From positions 1 to 64,000 of the forward strand of contig NIVC01001013.1 of assembly GCA_002269645.1 (NCBI GenBank): a stretch of DNA of 64,000 nt. Reading direction: 5' to 3'. The stretch comes from Macrostomum lignano. Its lineage: Eukaryota. Both the position numbers and the translations under genes were made by a program. The number at the start of each line of letters is the position of its first letter. Positions within the stretch are counted from its first letter, which is position 1. Positions 12,051-24,444 of this stretch are shown in pieces. The notes under the pieces were generated by a model, which ran no database searches, was not told the DNA's origin, and was given only the letters and a program-made list of their open reading frames with translations.

Positions 12051-13899
12051 ATGCTATATTAGAAAATTTAGAAATTGAGACAAATGGTCAGACACCTTTT
12101 GTCCACTTATTCCAATAAGGCCTAGGCCTGCAAAAAATTTTTGTTGTGTAACAGGGCTAAACTTTTTTATTGAAATTGAAATTTTTATTGAACAGGCATC
12201 TTGCTTCTCTATATTATAATCTTTCCATTAAGTTTCCAAAGTTAGATTAATAGTTTTTATAATACCTGTACTTTTATAGATATTTGTACTTCTGGTTGCA
12301 TATATATCTTTTGGTAGTAAATAGGCCTATATTTATCTACTGGTAGCATATGTATTTGTACTGTACTTTTGGCCTGAGCAATCTTATGGCACTGTCTACC
12401 CTATCCCTATGCTCCTCTAAGAAATTTTATTCTTTCAGTCCTGGGCATTCCCAGGATCAGAGGGTCACAGCTTACTTGCTAGGTATTCTGCCCTAAGGCA
12501 GGTTTCTCAGATTCTGAGTCTAGATTACTCTACCCTATGGTAGGATTTCTGCCTTCTAAAGGCAATTTCTCATATTCTAAATCTGGATATCTCATTCTCT
12601 GAAAATGGATTAAACTCTCCCAATCTTGGGGCTATTCCAAGTTGCTATCTACTACTCATAATAAGTAACACAAGCAAATACAAGCCCTGAGGCTGATTTT
12701 ACTTTCATCTCACATGAAGTAATAGGCTTTGAAAAACTGAACTAGAACAAGTTCAAAACAAGCTGATCAATTTTTATTATTTTTCTGGCTCTCAACTGGC
12801 TTCCTTTTATAGTAAAAGTTTTCCTACCATTTAAAACAAAACAGGAATATATATAATATATAAAATATATGGAACATAAGAAATATTTTTAATATTTGCA
12901 TAATATAACAACAGTAGTATTTTTGAAATGCAATTTTCTAAGACACTTTGTAGTAAATATTGGGGCCTATTACAATTGTTTTTTTATTGGCTTCTAGGCC
13001 TAATGTATTTCGCAGAAATTTTTGCAGATAATTTTGTATTAAAAATTTCTTACTTTTTTATTCCTTATCCAATTTTTATGTGTGATACCTCATTCTTTTG
13101 CATTTTTCTATATTTTCAACTTTCAAGAATTAAATTTTTGATCATATGTTATTTTCATATTTTTCATTTGTATTCTTCCACTCTGTAGTTACTATTTGCC
13201 CATCACATTCAGTGGCAGATCCAGACGGGGGTGGAGGGGATTTATATGAAAAAAAACAAATAAATATCCTTCCTATTAATACTAAAGGTAATTTTGTGTT
13301 GTTTTAACTTATGTTCATAATGGATACCCAATTAGTAACTTGCTTCAAGTTTTATAAAAATTTAAGTAATAGAAGTAGCTTTAAATACCAAAACTTGAAA
13401 AAGTTATAGATATGACTACTATATCTTAGTTAAAAGTTTTTCTTATAAATTTCTATTTATAAGAAAATCCTATTTCATTTTCTCATGATAATCATTGATT
13501 GAATGATTATCATGAGATTGATTGATTGATTATAGTTTTTTTTGGCTATTCTTAAATGAAAAATCTTTGTTTATGTTTTTTTAGACAGATAGTTTTTTAG
13601 ATAGATTTTTAGATAGATGCTGCCTTTATATCAATTATAGATAGTTGAGCTTGCATATGTAAAGTTCTAGAAGCATTGGTGCACCTATATATGAGAAGCG
13701 AAATAAGGGATGCTTTTGATATCTTTTCTGTTATCTGCTTACCTAGGTACCTTTGTCCATAGTCAGATCATGTTCTGCAATGGACATTCCCTACTTCGGT
13801 AGCAGATTTTTTTGTAAACAAGAGCTAAGTTTCACCATGTCAAAATAGCAATTCATCACTGCTCCTGTTGGCAGTCCCTGGGTACCGCGCGACATCTCC

Positions 13900-15115
13900 A
13901 TGGCAACAATCAGAGCAGTTGGCGGAGGTGACGAGTGCTCCGGCATAGCCCTGGCCCGGCTAAGCGAGGAGCGCAAAGCCTGGCGAAAGGATCATCCATT
14001 TGGCTTTGTTGCCAAGCCGACTACTAACCCAGACGGCACGATGAACTTGATGATTTGGGACTGCAAGATTCCCGGCAAGAAGTCGACCATCTGGGAGGAG
14101 GGCCTGTATACCTTGCGCATGTATTTCAAAGAGGATTATCCAAGCTCGCCGCCAAAGTGCAAGTTCGAGCCGCCTCTATTCCACCCGAACGTGTACCCGT
14201 CTGGCACTGTGTGCCTCTCACTGCTTGACGAAGAGAAGGACTGGCGTGCCGCCGTCACGGTCAAGCAGATCCTGCTGGGCATACAGGAGCTGCTGGACTC
14301 GCCAAATATTAAAGACCCAGCTCAGGCTGATGCCTACACCTGCTTTATGTGAGTTTTGCTAATTCTTAGTTGAAACAGCGAGTTTTTAGGGTTGGCACCT
14401 GTGCGTGCAGCAGTTGCTGTGGGGAAGGGAGGCTGTTCCGTAGGCCCAAAGGCTGTTCCGTCTGTCTCTATGGCTGTCTCTGACTCTGATTGTCCATCCC
14501 TGGCTGTCTGTCTGTCTCTTTGTGATTGACTGCCTGTGCCTGTCCTGTGTGTTTGTGTTTCTGTCTATGTGTCTGTCTGTCTATGACTGTCTGTCTGTCT
14601 GTCTATGTCTGTCTGTCTATGACTGTCTGTCTGTCTGTCTATGTCTGTCTGTCTATGACTGTCTGTCTGTCTGTCTATGTCTGTCTGTCTATGACTGTCT
14701 GTCTGTCTGTCTATGTCTGTCTGTCTATGACTGTCTGTCTGTCTTTCTGTCTGTTTGTCTGTCTGTCTCTGTGTGCCTGTCTGCCTTTCTGTTTAAGATG
14801 CCGAAAGTCTGACAAACAGGAAAATTCATTGCAGTCAATACGGCTAGATGCAAACTGCAGACTTAAATTTTTAAAGTGCTTGAAATCTTTGAACCAATTT
14901 TGGCTAAATGAAATTCAGATTTTGATTTCAAGAATTAAAGCGAATAAAAAACCAGCTGATGTTAAAGTACAAGAGATTAACAAGCCAAAGAGCGCGTACT
15001 GCCCGCCTGTCTTCTTATTTTATTCCACACTGCCTGGCATTTCAGTCAAAACCGTCGAGAATACGAAGTGAAAGTGAAACAACAGGCCAGCCGATTCAAG
15101 AATCCCAACATGTGA
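13900..15115 (+). CDS. UBE2I: SUMO-conjugating enzyme Ubc9; exons 13900-14348 and 15046-15115, 172 aa
   Basis: [32 protein letters not shown] (catalytic Cys). A phase-2 GT-AG intron joins [21 protein letters not shown]. Confidence 0.95.
14500..14790. repeat. (TGTC)n-based microsatellite with a ~28-bp superstructure in the UBE2I intron
   Basis: Repeating TGTCTGTCTGTCTATGAC pattern. Confidence 0.9.
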
Positions 15116-15639
15116 CTGTCGCATGGATAAGAGAAATTAAGAGCAATTTCTATGTGCATATATTTATTATACTCGTACATGTTATATTTATACTACTTAT
15201 TAGAAATGCGCGATAAGTAGTGTTGTTTCAACAAGCTTCTCAACTTGCGTGTCCAAGTATTCTGCCTATCAGTCTCATTCATTCATTATTCGCGTCTGTT
15301 ATTTTTTTAATTTTGCCATTTCCCCTTATGTATTTGATTGTAAGGCCCAAATACTATATATGTAAGTCGAAATCTCCCTGATCTACCTTTGTTCTCTCTC
15401 TTTCTGTATGTCTCTCGTTGTACCGGCGTAATAACTAGCATTTGATTTTCATTTTTTAAGTCAACTTTGAATGCAAACAAGAAACTTTAATGACAACAAA
15501 CGGTGCGCGTTTAAACAATTCTTTTTTGGCTGGGAAAGCTCCATTGTTCGTTTTTTGTGGTTTGGCTGTGATGTATTCTAGTATTTTTGGCTAGATTTCT
15601 ATGACCCACATCGTGAAGTTAGCCACTTCATGTCCCATT

Positions 15640-16490
15640 CCATATCCCAATCACTCCTTGACCCATGCAGAAATCCCAACCATCTGTGACCCAATCCAGA
15701 TAATCTAACCATCTATGACCCAATCCAGATAATCTAACCATCTATGACCCAATCCAGATAATCTAACCATCTATGACCCAATCCAGATAATCTAACCATC
15801 TATGACCCATTCCAGCTATCCCAACCACTCCTTGACCAATGCAGAAATCCCAACCATCTATGACCCAATCCAGATAATCTAACCATCTATGACCCAATCC
15901 AGATAATCTAACCATCTATGACCCATTCCAGCTATCCCAACCACTCCTTGACCAATGCAGAAATCCCAACCATCTATGACCCAATCCAGATAATCTAACC
16001 ATCTATGACCCATTCCAGCTATCCCAACCACTCCTTGACCAATGCAGAAATCCCAACCATCTATGACCCAATCCAGATAATCTAACCATCTATGACCCAA
16101 TCCAGATAATCTAACCATCTATGACCCATGCAGAAATCCCAACCATCTATGACCCAATCCAGATAATCTAACCATCTATGACCCAATCCAGATAATCTAA
16201 CCATCTATGACCCATTCCAAATATCCCAACCATCTATGACCCATTCCAAATATCCCAACCATCTATGACCCATTCCAAATATCCCAACCATCTATGACCC
16301 ATTCCAGCTATCCCAACCATCTATGACCCATTCCAGCTATCCCAACCATCTATGACCCATTCCAGCTATCCCAACCATCTATGACCCATTCCAGCTATCC
16401 CAACCATCTATGACCCATTCCAGCTATCCCAACCATCTATGACCCATTCCAGCTATCCCAACCATTTTTGACCCATTTCGGATATCCCAA
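15640..16490. repeat. ~29-bp variant minisatellite
   Basis: Units GACCCAATCCAGATAATCTAACCATCTAT and GACCCATTCCAGCTATCCCAACCATCTAT, plus variants in interspersed blocks. Confidence 0.9.
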
Positions 16491-16617
16491 CTGCCCCGTG
16501 CCTAATCCCAGATATCCCATCTTATGAATTGCTCATTAGAATGGCAAGTACAGCTGATACAGGTATAGCCAAGGAAACCGTCATTATAGCCATTCACCTG
16601 CATGCTCTATAGGCATC

Positions 16618-17046
16618 ATGGCATCCATCGCATCTCTGCGCACCCTGTTCGCCAAGTCCGCCTTCGGCCTCGCGCCTCGCCGCGGCTGCTCCACCGCCGC
16701 CGCCGCCGTCTCGGAGGCTGCCAACACTTCGTCAAAAACTGACGCCGCCACCGTAGAGCTGCGCGGAACAGTCGAGCGGCTGCTGACGGCCGGGCCGAAG
16801 CACTGTCTGTTCATCATGCGAACCCGCGTTACCAAGCCGGATTTCAATACGCCAATCAGCTTCCAGCACAATGTGAAATCGTTCGGGCCGCAAGCTGATA
16901 AAGCCAATTCGCTGGCCAAGATTGGGGCCCGGCTGCAGGTGCAGGGCATTCTCACCTACGAGAGACGCTTCCGCAACAAACCAGCTGGCGAGGACAATCC
17001 CTACAGATGCGTTATCGAGGCCGTGAACATCAAATCTGATGACTGA
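16618..17046 (+). CDS. Divergent single-stranded-DNA-binding (OB-fold) protein with a likely mitochondrial presequence; intronless, 142 aa
   Basis: Arg/Ser/Ala-rich, acid-free N-terminus. VELRGTV...HNVKSFGPQADKANSLAKIGARLQVQGILTYERR matches the SSB pattern (LxG...HxVxxFGxxAE....KG..V.V.G.L). Confidence 0.65.
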   Translation: MASIASLRTLFAKSAFGLAPRRGCSTAAAAVSEAANTSSKTDAATVELRGTVERLLTAGPKHCLFIMRTRVTKPDFNTPISFQHNVKSFGPQADKANSLAKIGARLQVQGILTYERRFRNKPAGEDNPYRCVIEAVNIKSDD

Positions 17047-18282
17047 GACAATTTGCAAGGGAGGGGGGGGACCAGACCAGGAGTGAATTAGCATTGAATT
17101 GAGCAGCAAGAATTGAGCGTGTATAATAATTGCATTTGTTTAAATACACGCTTAAACTTGTTTTGTGTTCAGTTAGTGCACTCTAGCTCTAAATAGTCTC
17201 GTGGGTCCCTGCATATACTACTAGTACTAGTAGTAGTAGTAGTCTAAATTGTTCTGTCAACCATCGCTATTCGACACGCTGTTATTGCACAGCTTAACAT
17301 CCGTTTGGAGCACTTTCAAAGTTAAATATATAATTATACATATTTTGTACTGGAAAGTGTGTTCAACAGCTTATACTGTTAATTATTCGATCTTGTGAAA
17401 ATTTTGAAACCATAAAAATGCCTTTTTTATTGCGGTTTTTTACTTGTTAAAGTTCACTTATAGCGAGAAGAAGGATTTAGACTTTCATGTCATTTATTAG
17501 TTTAAGGCTAAAAATTAATAAAAAATGAATAAAGCTTTAATTCACATTATATTCGCGAAGACACATTTATTGATCACCAACAGTAGGCAATGTGAACAGT
17601 GAATTTATATTTTTGTGTTAAAGGATATAACAATAGCAAAATAAGTAACATCTGAAAGGTTGAAGTGAAGTGCAAAATTTTCAAATCAAAGGAGAGCCAA
17701 CGGCACATCAGTCTGTGGTATGTCGACGGCTGGAAAACGGGAACAGTGGCTGTGATAGCGAGTGACAATATAAAATTCCGTATCTAGAGATCCAGTGAAA
17801 TACTTTAATCAGAGAATCTACAAAAGTGAATAAATGGTATATATTCCCCTATATCGGTCGATAAGCGAGGCATGAAATTTTCGCCCTAGACACTTGGGAT
17901 TAATGGGGAATATGTGATGTATCCACCACTTGCCCCGGGCGAACGTCTATATGGCCTCAGTGTAAATTTCAAAAGGATCCCAAATTGTCTGAATTGAATT
18001 TCCGCCAGTTTTTTTAGAACTAGACTTTGATCAAAATTAAACGTGAAAAGGTGTACTACGAGCGTATATTGCTTTACTTCTTCGTCCTCTTACTAACTTT
18101 TGGACAAACTGTGTCGCTGTGTATGTTTCAACAGTGCAATACGCACTTCGTAAGCATACATGTAATGTAGTTTCAATTTTTCTATCTGGAAGACAGCTGC
18201 ATAATTTCTCAAAAAGGCCATGCCAAGTTAATAAACCAAAAAGCTCTGATGTACTCGTAGCTATTCTGTAGTCAAAACCAGA

Positions 18283-21200
18283 TCAGAGAGCTGGCAATGA
18301 GGTGTACGTGCGCACCGCGTCCTGCTGTCTGGCCGTTGTCATGGACTGCATTGACCGCTGCTGAGAGGCCTGCACATGCAGCCGCCTGGCCAAGTGTGCG
18401 TCCACTCTCTGGCTCAGATCCTGACGGCCGATGCGGCCAAGGGCCTCCTTCAGCGCCTCGACATTGGCGCGGGTGTGCAGCCGGCGCCAGGTGGCCAGCA
18501 TCTCGGTGGCCAGTTCCTGGCGATTGCCGCGGACCTAGGCGTGTCAATGTACATGTACATGTGTGAATTTAAACAAAAAATTGCTGGATCTAGCTATCTT
18601 GCTAGCAATACGAACTATTACTAAAAGTTTCTTCTACAAAAAGAAAGCATTCAATGAAAGAAGTTGCGGCTTACCAGGCGCTTGTTGATCCGATCCACGT
18701 CAGCGTCCAGGTCCACCTGGCCACGAGGCGGATAGAACGGCAGCTGGAAGTAGAGCCGGAACCAGTCCTGCTCGATTGCCTTGGCCACGACGCGGCAGGC
18801 CATTTGGATTGGATTGCCTGACAAGTGGGAAACCGGGAGTCATAATCATTGTTTGCGACAAGAGCACTGCAGCGATGATACTCTGTATTTAAATCCTAAC
18901 TTTCGTGACTTTCGTTGCAACCTTTCGGACTGCAACCTCACAGACTGCAACCTCACAGACTGCAACCTCACAGACTGCAACCTCACAGACTGCAACCTCC
19001 ACAGACTGCAACGTCACAAACTGCAACCTCACAGACGACAACCTCACAGACTGCAACCTTGCAGGCTGCAACCTCCACAAACTGCAACGTCACAGACTGC
19101 AACCTTGCAGGCTGCAACCTCCACAAACTGCAACGTCACAGACTGCAACCTCACAGACTGCAACCTCACAGACTGCAACCTCACAGACTGCAACCTCACA
19201 GACGACAACCTCACAGACTGCAACCTCACAGACGGCAACCTCACATAGTGCAACCTACAGAAATTGCAACCTTTCGGATTTCAACCTTTCGGATTTCAAC
19301 CTTTCGGATTTCAACCTTTCGGATTTCAACCTTTCGGATTTCAACCTTTCGGATTTCAACCTTTCGGATTTCAACCTTTCGGATTTCAACCACACAGGCT
19401 GCAATCTTTCGGACTGCAATCTTTTGGATTGCAATTTCAGACTGCAACCTTATGGACTGCAACGTACTTTACGGACTGCAACCATTTACATGTAGATGCC
19501 AACTTTCTGAAGTACAAAGTCCAAACAATTTTCTGGATAACAGACTTCAAGTCTGCATCTAACCAAATTGCAACTTTCCGTTGTGAAAGCATTGAAAAAC
19601 ACTCAGACGCAGTGCTTCGCTAACTCACCCAGAGTGTACTCCTCGATTTCAGGAGCCAGCATTAGGGTTGGACTGACTGACCGCTCCTTGATGAGGCTGT
19701 TCTGCAGTCGGTCGTCCAGTTGAAGATTGTGAAAAATCTTCTTCATAGAAGACGGAGACTGTTTCAGTGTGAAGATGTGGCGCAGCACCTTCTCGTATCT
19801 GGTGCTCCGTTCCAGCTTCTCCTGCAGTGCGGCAACGATTCGGGACGACTTGTCGATTTGGAACTGCAGCTCCATGGCGGCCCGCTTGTCGGCCTCGTGT
19901 TCCGAGTCCCGCTGCGCGCAGTGCTTCACTATGGACTCAGTGATCTCAACCTTCTTGCTGATCTTAGGAAAAATTGTCTTCTGTCTTTTCAGTTCCAGCG
20001 TGCTCTCCAGCTTTGCTCGCTGCATCTCCTCCTCGGTGAAGAAAGTCTCCGGGTGCCTCTTGATGTCGCCTAGCACCGTTTTGGCCCGGTGCAGATGGTA
20101 CTCGCACTTCTTCATCTCCACCAAAGCCAGGTGGTGCCGCCGGCCCACGTGCTTCTTTTTCTGCTGGAAGTCGGGCAGCTCCTTCTCGTACGCGTCGATT
20201 CTCTTCAAAATGGCAGCCTGTCGGTGCTTGAGCTGCACCATCTTGGTGTACTCCTCCTGGTATTTGCGCGATGCTGACGACTGCTCCAGCTCGATGCCAA
20301 CCAAGTCGTTGCCGAGGTTCTCAACGTACTCTTTGTCTAATTCGATCCAATTGTTCAGTAGCTGACAGGCCTCGCGCACCTGCTCGCAGGCCTCGGGCAG
20401 CAGCAGAAGTAACGAGATTTCTCCGCAACCGACCCGCCTGGCCAGCTGCTGCACGTTGTAGGAAAAGCCCTGAAGCCCGAGGCCGACAGAGCCGAATACG
20501 AAAAATTTCTCCGTTAGGCCCATGATGATTTTCTGCAATGAGCGAACCGTAGGAATAGGCCGGAATTTTATTTCACAAATTCGTATTTCGTATATAGTTG
20601 AATGGTTGTGCTTCATACTACTTAAGTAAGTAGGTAGGCTGTCACCCGAAATCGTGACTCAGGATGTGGTTCTCAACATGTGTAGTCAGTGTACAGTGTA
20701 GTGTAATGTCAGTGTACATGCCTGACGATTAGAAAGTCTGGGCCGTCGGCGCGCTTGCATGTGCTCAGAAGTCAGCGGAATGGGCAGAATTGCCTCAGCG
20801 CTGGTTGTGTGGGGCGATGTCGCCGAAGGTGTTGCACCAGGATGCCCACCGCCATCCGGCAAGTACACTATACACTTATACTACTTCTGTATATAGTATC
20901 CATCAGTAATAGATGATGTTTCGAACGATAAAGTTCTCTACTGATATGCGGAGCTCAAATAAGAATTCGAAGTGAAATACTTATGGGTTTTTCTCGGGGT
21001 GGCCTGGTAGGTCTTTGAATCCCACCGCTGCCACCAGTGAAATACTTATGGGTTTTTCTCGGGGTGGCCTGGTAGGTCTTTGAATCCCACCGCTGCCACC
21101 AGTGAAATACTTATGGGTTTTTCTCGAGGTGGCCTGGTAGGTCTTTGAATCCCACCGCTGCCACCAGTGAAATAGAATGGGTTTTCTTCCCGGTTTAGGC

Positions 21201-22751
21201 CCTTGCGGATTACCTTAAGTCTCGAGCCTCTTCAGAGGGAAGTTCTCTCAAATCTCAGTAGCGTAGGTAGTGCTACCACCAGTTCCTTCAGGTCTCGGCC
21301 TTCGATGAGGTGAGCTTCCCGTCGGAACGAAATAAACAAGTCAACGAACTCAGCACAGCGTGCAGATTTGCAGATTAATGAACAAGGCGTCCTGATCAGC
21401 AGGTCCCCGCCGGGCTCAGGGGTGGCTGGGAAGGCAGTGTTAGCCTTCCTTAGGCTTGGGCTTTAGTGGGGTCTCAGTCAGACCAGTACAAACGGATTCA
21501 GTACGCAAAGGGCACTTAGTTAGACACTGACGCACACGGGATCTTAGTGAATTCTCCGCAGATAAGAAGCCAATTCAATTCCTTGACGGAAACAAGGGGA
21601 GAGGGGTCCTATTTATAGCCGGGAAACACCCACGCACAAGACCTCGTGACTTGTTCTATTTTTAGAACTGACGTCACTTGAGGTCTCCGGCCAGGGTACA
21701 CGCGGCTGTGACTCAGTTGCTATTTTTAGCAACATGAGTCACTCCTCTCCTTAGAGAAGGGAGGGGTCCGAAAGCACGTGATTCTCCCGGTAAACAGGGC
21801 CAACGAGTGCAGTAAACACGTTTACTGCACTTTAGGACTCGAAGAACGCAGAGTCTGTCATGTGACTTGCTCACATGACAGAGGAAAACGGGACGGGAAC
21901 GAAACAGAGACAGCCCACAGCAGAGAAGCTGAGGGCTGAGAACAGAGACGCAGAAGGGCAGAACAGGCCAAGGGCAGCAACAGACGGGCCAAGGGGGGTG
22001 GGAAGCTGACCAGCGGCAGACAGCAACCCAGGGCGAGGGCGAGGGAGACTGCTGACAAAGTGGGACGCCTAACATCAACTAGCGGATCACTACAGAAGCA
22101 GCACCATGATCCATCTTGACCCGTCAGACCGTGCAGAAAGTCAGCAAGTCAATGGCAAAGTCATGTACAGTATAGAAGTTGCTAGGCTTGTACTTGTATC
22201 ACAGTGGCGCCTACCTGCATCCGGGTGGTCAGCTCCAGCCTCTTCTGCTCGTACTTGAAAGGCGTGTCCAGATATTTGTCCGGCGATCTCTGCGTTGTGC
22301 CCCTGTAGAAGCTGAGGCAGTACTTTCTCAGGCACTGCATCACCTTTGTAAGCCGCTCATTGAATGGGGTAAACTTCTCAGGTAGGAAATCACCAACGTG
22401 CTGTTGCAGCTGCCTGACTTTTTGCATCGACTCGGTGTACTTGATGGACTCGGTGCCCAGGCTGTTGAGCGACTCCATCATGTTCTCGATGTCGAAAGTT
22501 TTGCGTATCTCGCGAATTCCGCCAGCCATCATCAGCCGCTTGAAGGTGAACAGATTCTCCCTGATGAAGTCCTCCTGAGTTTCGTGCGGGTGCAGGTAGT
22601 CCAGCTCGATCTCTCTGAGGACGACCAGCACAGCGTCGATCTCCTGGCGACAAGCGGCGCGCAAAGCCAGCAGCGATTTCGGACGCTCGCGCAGAAAACT
22701 GTCCACCGTCTGCGGCTCGCGATAAAATGCCAGCGTTGTGACCGCAGGCAT
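18283..22751 (-). CDS. Helical/coiled-coil protein with a C-terminal death-like domain; exons 22751-22215, 20469-19629, 18817-18675, 18534-18283; 590 aa
   Basis: All three introns are GT-AG with consistent phases (0,1,0). C-terminus AIEQDWFRLYFQLPF...ATEMLATWRR...VEALKEALGRIGRQDL fits a death-domain pattern. Confidence 0.75.
18905..19480. repeat. 15-bp intronic minisatellites (GACTGCAACCTCACA, then GGATTTCAACCTTTC)
   Basis: Direct tandem periodicity. Confidence 0.9.
20710..20870 (+). mobile_element. Fragment of a local SINE family
   Basis: Shares GTGTACATGCCTGACGATTAG, ATGGGCAGAAT and ATGTCGCCGAAGG with 50960-51160. Confidence 0.55.
20972..21175. repeat. 65-bp tandem repeat x3
   Basis: GTGAAATACTTATGGG... 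at 20972, 21037 and 21102. Confidence 0.9.
21180..22075 (-). mobile_element. Possible solo-LTR-like insert in intron 1 of the death-domain gene
   Basis: Minus strand begins TGTTAGG (~22075), carries a TATAAATAG box near 21615, and is non-coding GC-balanced sequence. No TSD was found. Confidence 0.3.
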
Positions 22752-23029
22752 GGCTGGCTGTGAGGCTCCCCGACTCTTGTTCAACTTTACTAGCCTGACG
22801 CTTGTTCAACGTTACTCTTGCCGAAAAAATAATAACAAGTTTTGTCTAACAAAAATACGGCGCTTACTTAGCTGGAGAAGGCAGACTTTCTGCGCGTGGC
22901 TGGAGCTAAAATACGTTCGTAGATGTCTGGGTTGGCAACCCACACGTTAGCGCAGGGTCCCGCATAGGCACTTGCCGCGCAGGTCTAATCTCTAGGGTGG
23001 GGACAGACAATAGATGCTCGTATCCAAGC

Positions 23030-23201
23030 TGAGAGAGAGAGAGAGAGAGGCTCAGACAGAGAGGACTGAGAATTGAGCAGGCTGGGCAAGCGGGAGAGAG
23101 CGCACGAGTTTGCTTCAGCTCTGTGGACTCAAGCCGTCTGTAGAAACAGTGATGGCACATCAGAGCGGGCCCAATTCGACAGGAAATACGCCGCAACTGT
23201 T

Positions 23202-23256
<55 letters not shown>

Positions 23257-23273
23257 CCTAGCTACATTTTTAT
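23030..23273. repeat. (GA)n microsatellites in the divergent intergenic region
   Basis: GA runs at ~23031-23050 and ~23206-23273. Confidence 0.9.
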
Positions 23274-23873
23274 ACACACAAGCACGAAAATAGCGTCTTC
23301 ATCTTTGCGCCTAATTAATTATTTGTTAACAAAGGCACTGGGCTGGGCTTGATGGACATTGTTAATTGCTTCACTTCAGAACGCTTAAAATAATTTTAAT
23401 GACGCTTGTATGAACGCTAGTCAGACGCAATAAAAATGATGCTTCGAATTTCAAGGCAGCAAGTGAATCGAAATAATGCCATGAGGTCGTGCTGACTCAC
23501 TCTTAGGTCGAGCTTAAAACGATACTGATAAACCTATAATTGATAAATACGGACGGGTACCTCAACCTCTACTAGACACAGCAATTAGACCATCGATCGG
23601 GCTCCAATTAGACAAAATAATTAAAGACTCTCCTTGTACCCACCACTCAAATAATTGCATGCGTGAAGTACATTGAAGTCCTAGCAGGCAATGTACAGCA
23701 CAGAACTAAGCTGGCCAATCAGCAGAGCTGAGATATTTAAGTGTACATTTAAATCTCGCAATAAGCTGATCTGTACAAAGCTGACATAAAACCAGCGCCT
23801 TGCCCTCAACCGCTGCCTATCATCACACGCAACCTTCTGAAGTTGAACTTTGCACCTCTGCAATCTGCCTGCA

Positions 23874-24395
23874 ATGGATCCAGCTTCCTATCGACTACAT
23901 CTTCGCCTCATCCGAGGTAGCGGCCTGGTCGTCCGGGACTCGACAGGCAGCAGCGATCCATACGTGCTGTTCCGCCTGGCTGACAAGCAGCTGGGCAGGA
24001 GCAGGGTCATTAACCAGTGCCTTGAGCCCGTTTGGGATGAGGCGAGTTTCCTTGCTCTAGATGATTGTTGTTTTGTACAGTCTCCTGTTTATTTCATTGT
24101 TTAGTTGTTTTGCTAATTCTCTTTGATCGCAACAGCAGCAACAGCAAAAAGCAACATCACCACTAACAACAACAACAAGAACAACAACAGAAAACAGAAA
24201 ACTAAAACTAAAACAGCAAAAGCAACAATTAAAAAATAAACAACAACAACAACAAATATCAAACAACAACCGAAACAAACGACAACAACAACAACAATAA
24301 AACTGAAACAACAACAACAACAAATATCAAACAACAACCGAAACAAACGACAACAACAACAACAAAACGGAAACAACAACAACAATTACAACAGC

Positions 24396-24444
<49 letters not shown>

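Noticed and set aside
18781-19623. Multiple ORFs with DCNLT, TATSQ or FQPFG repeats (pentapeptide-like proteins)
   Set aside because: They lie on 15-bp minisatellites inside a phase-consistent intron of the opposite-strand gene.
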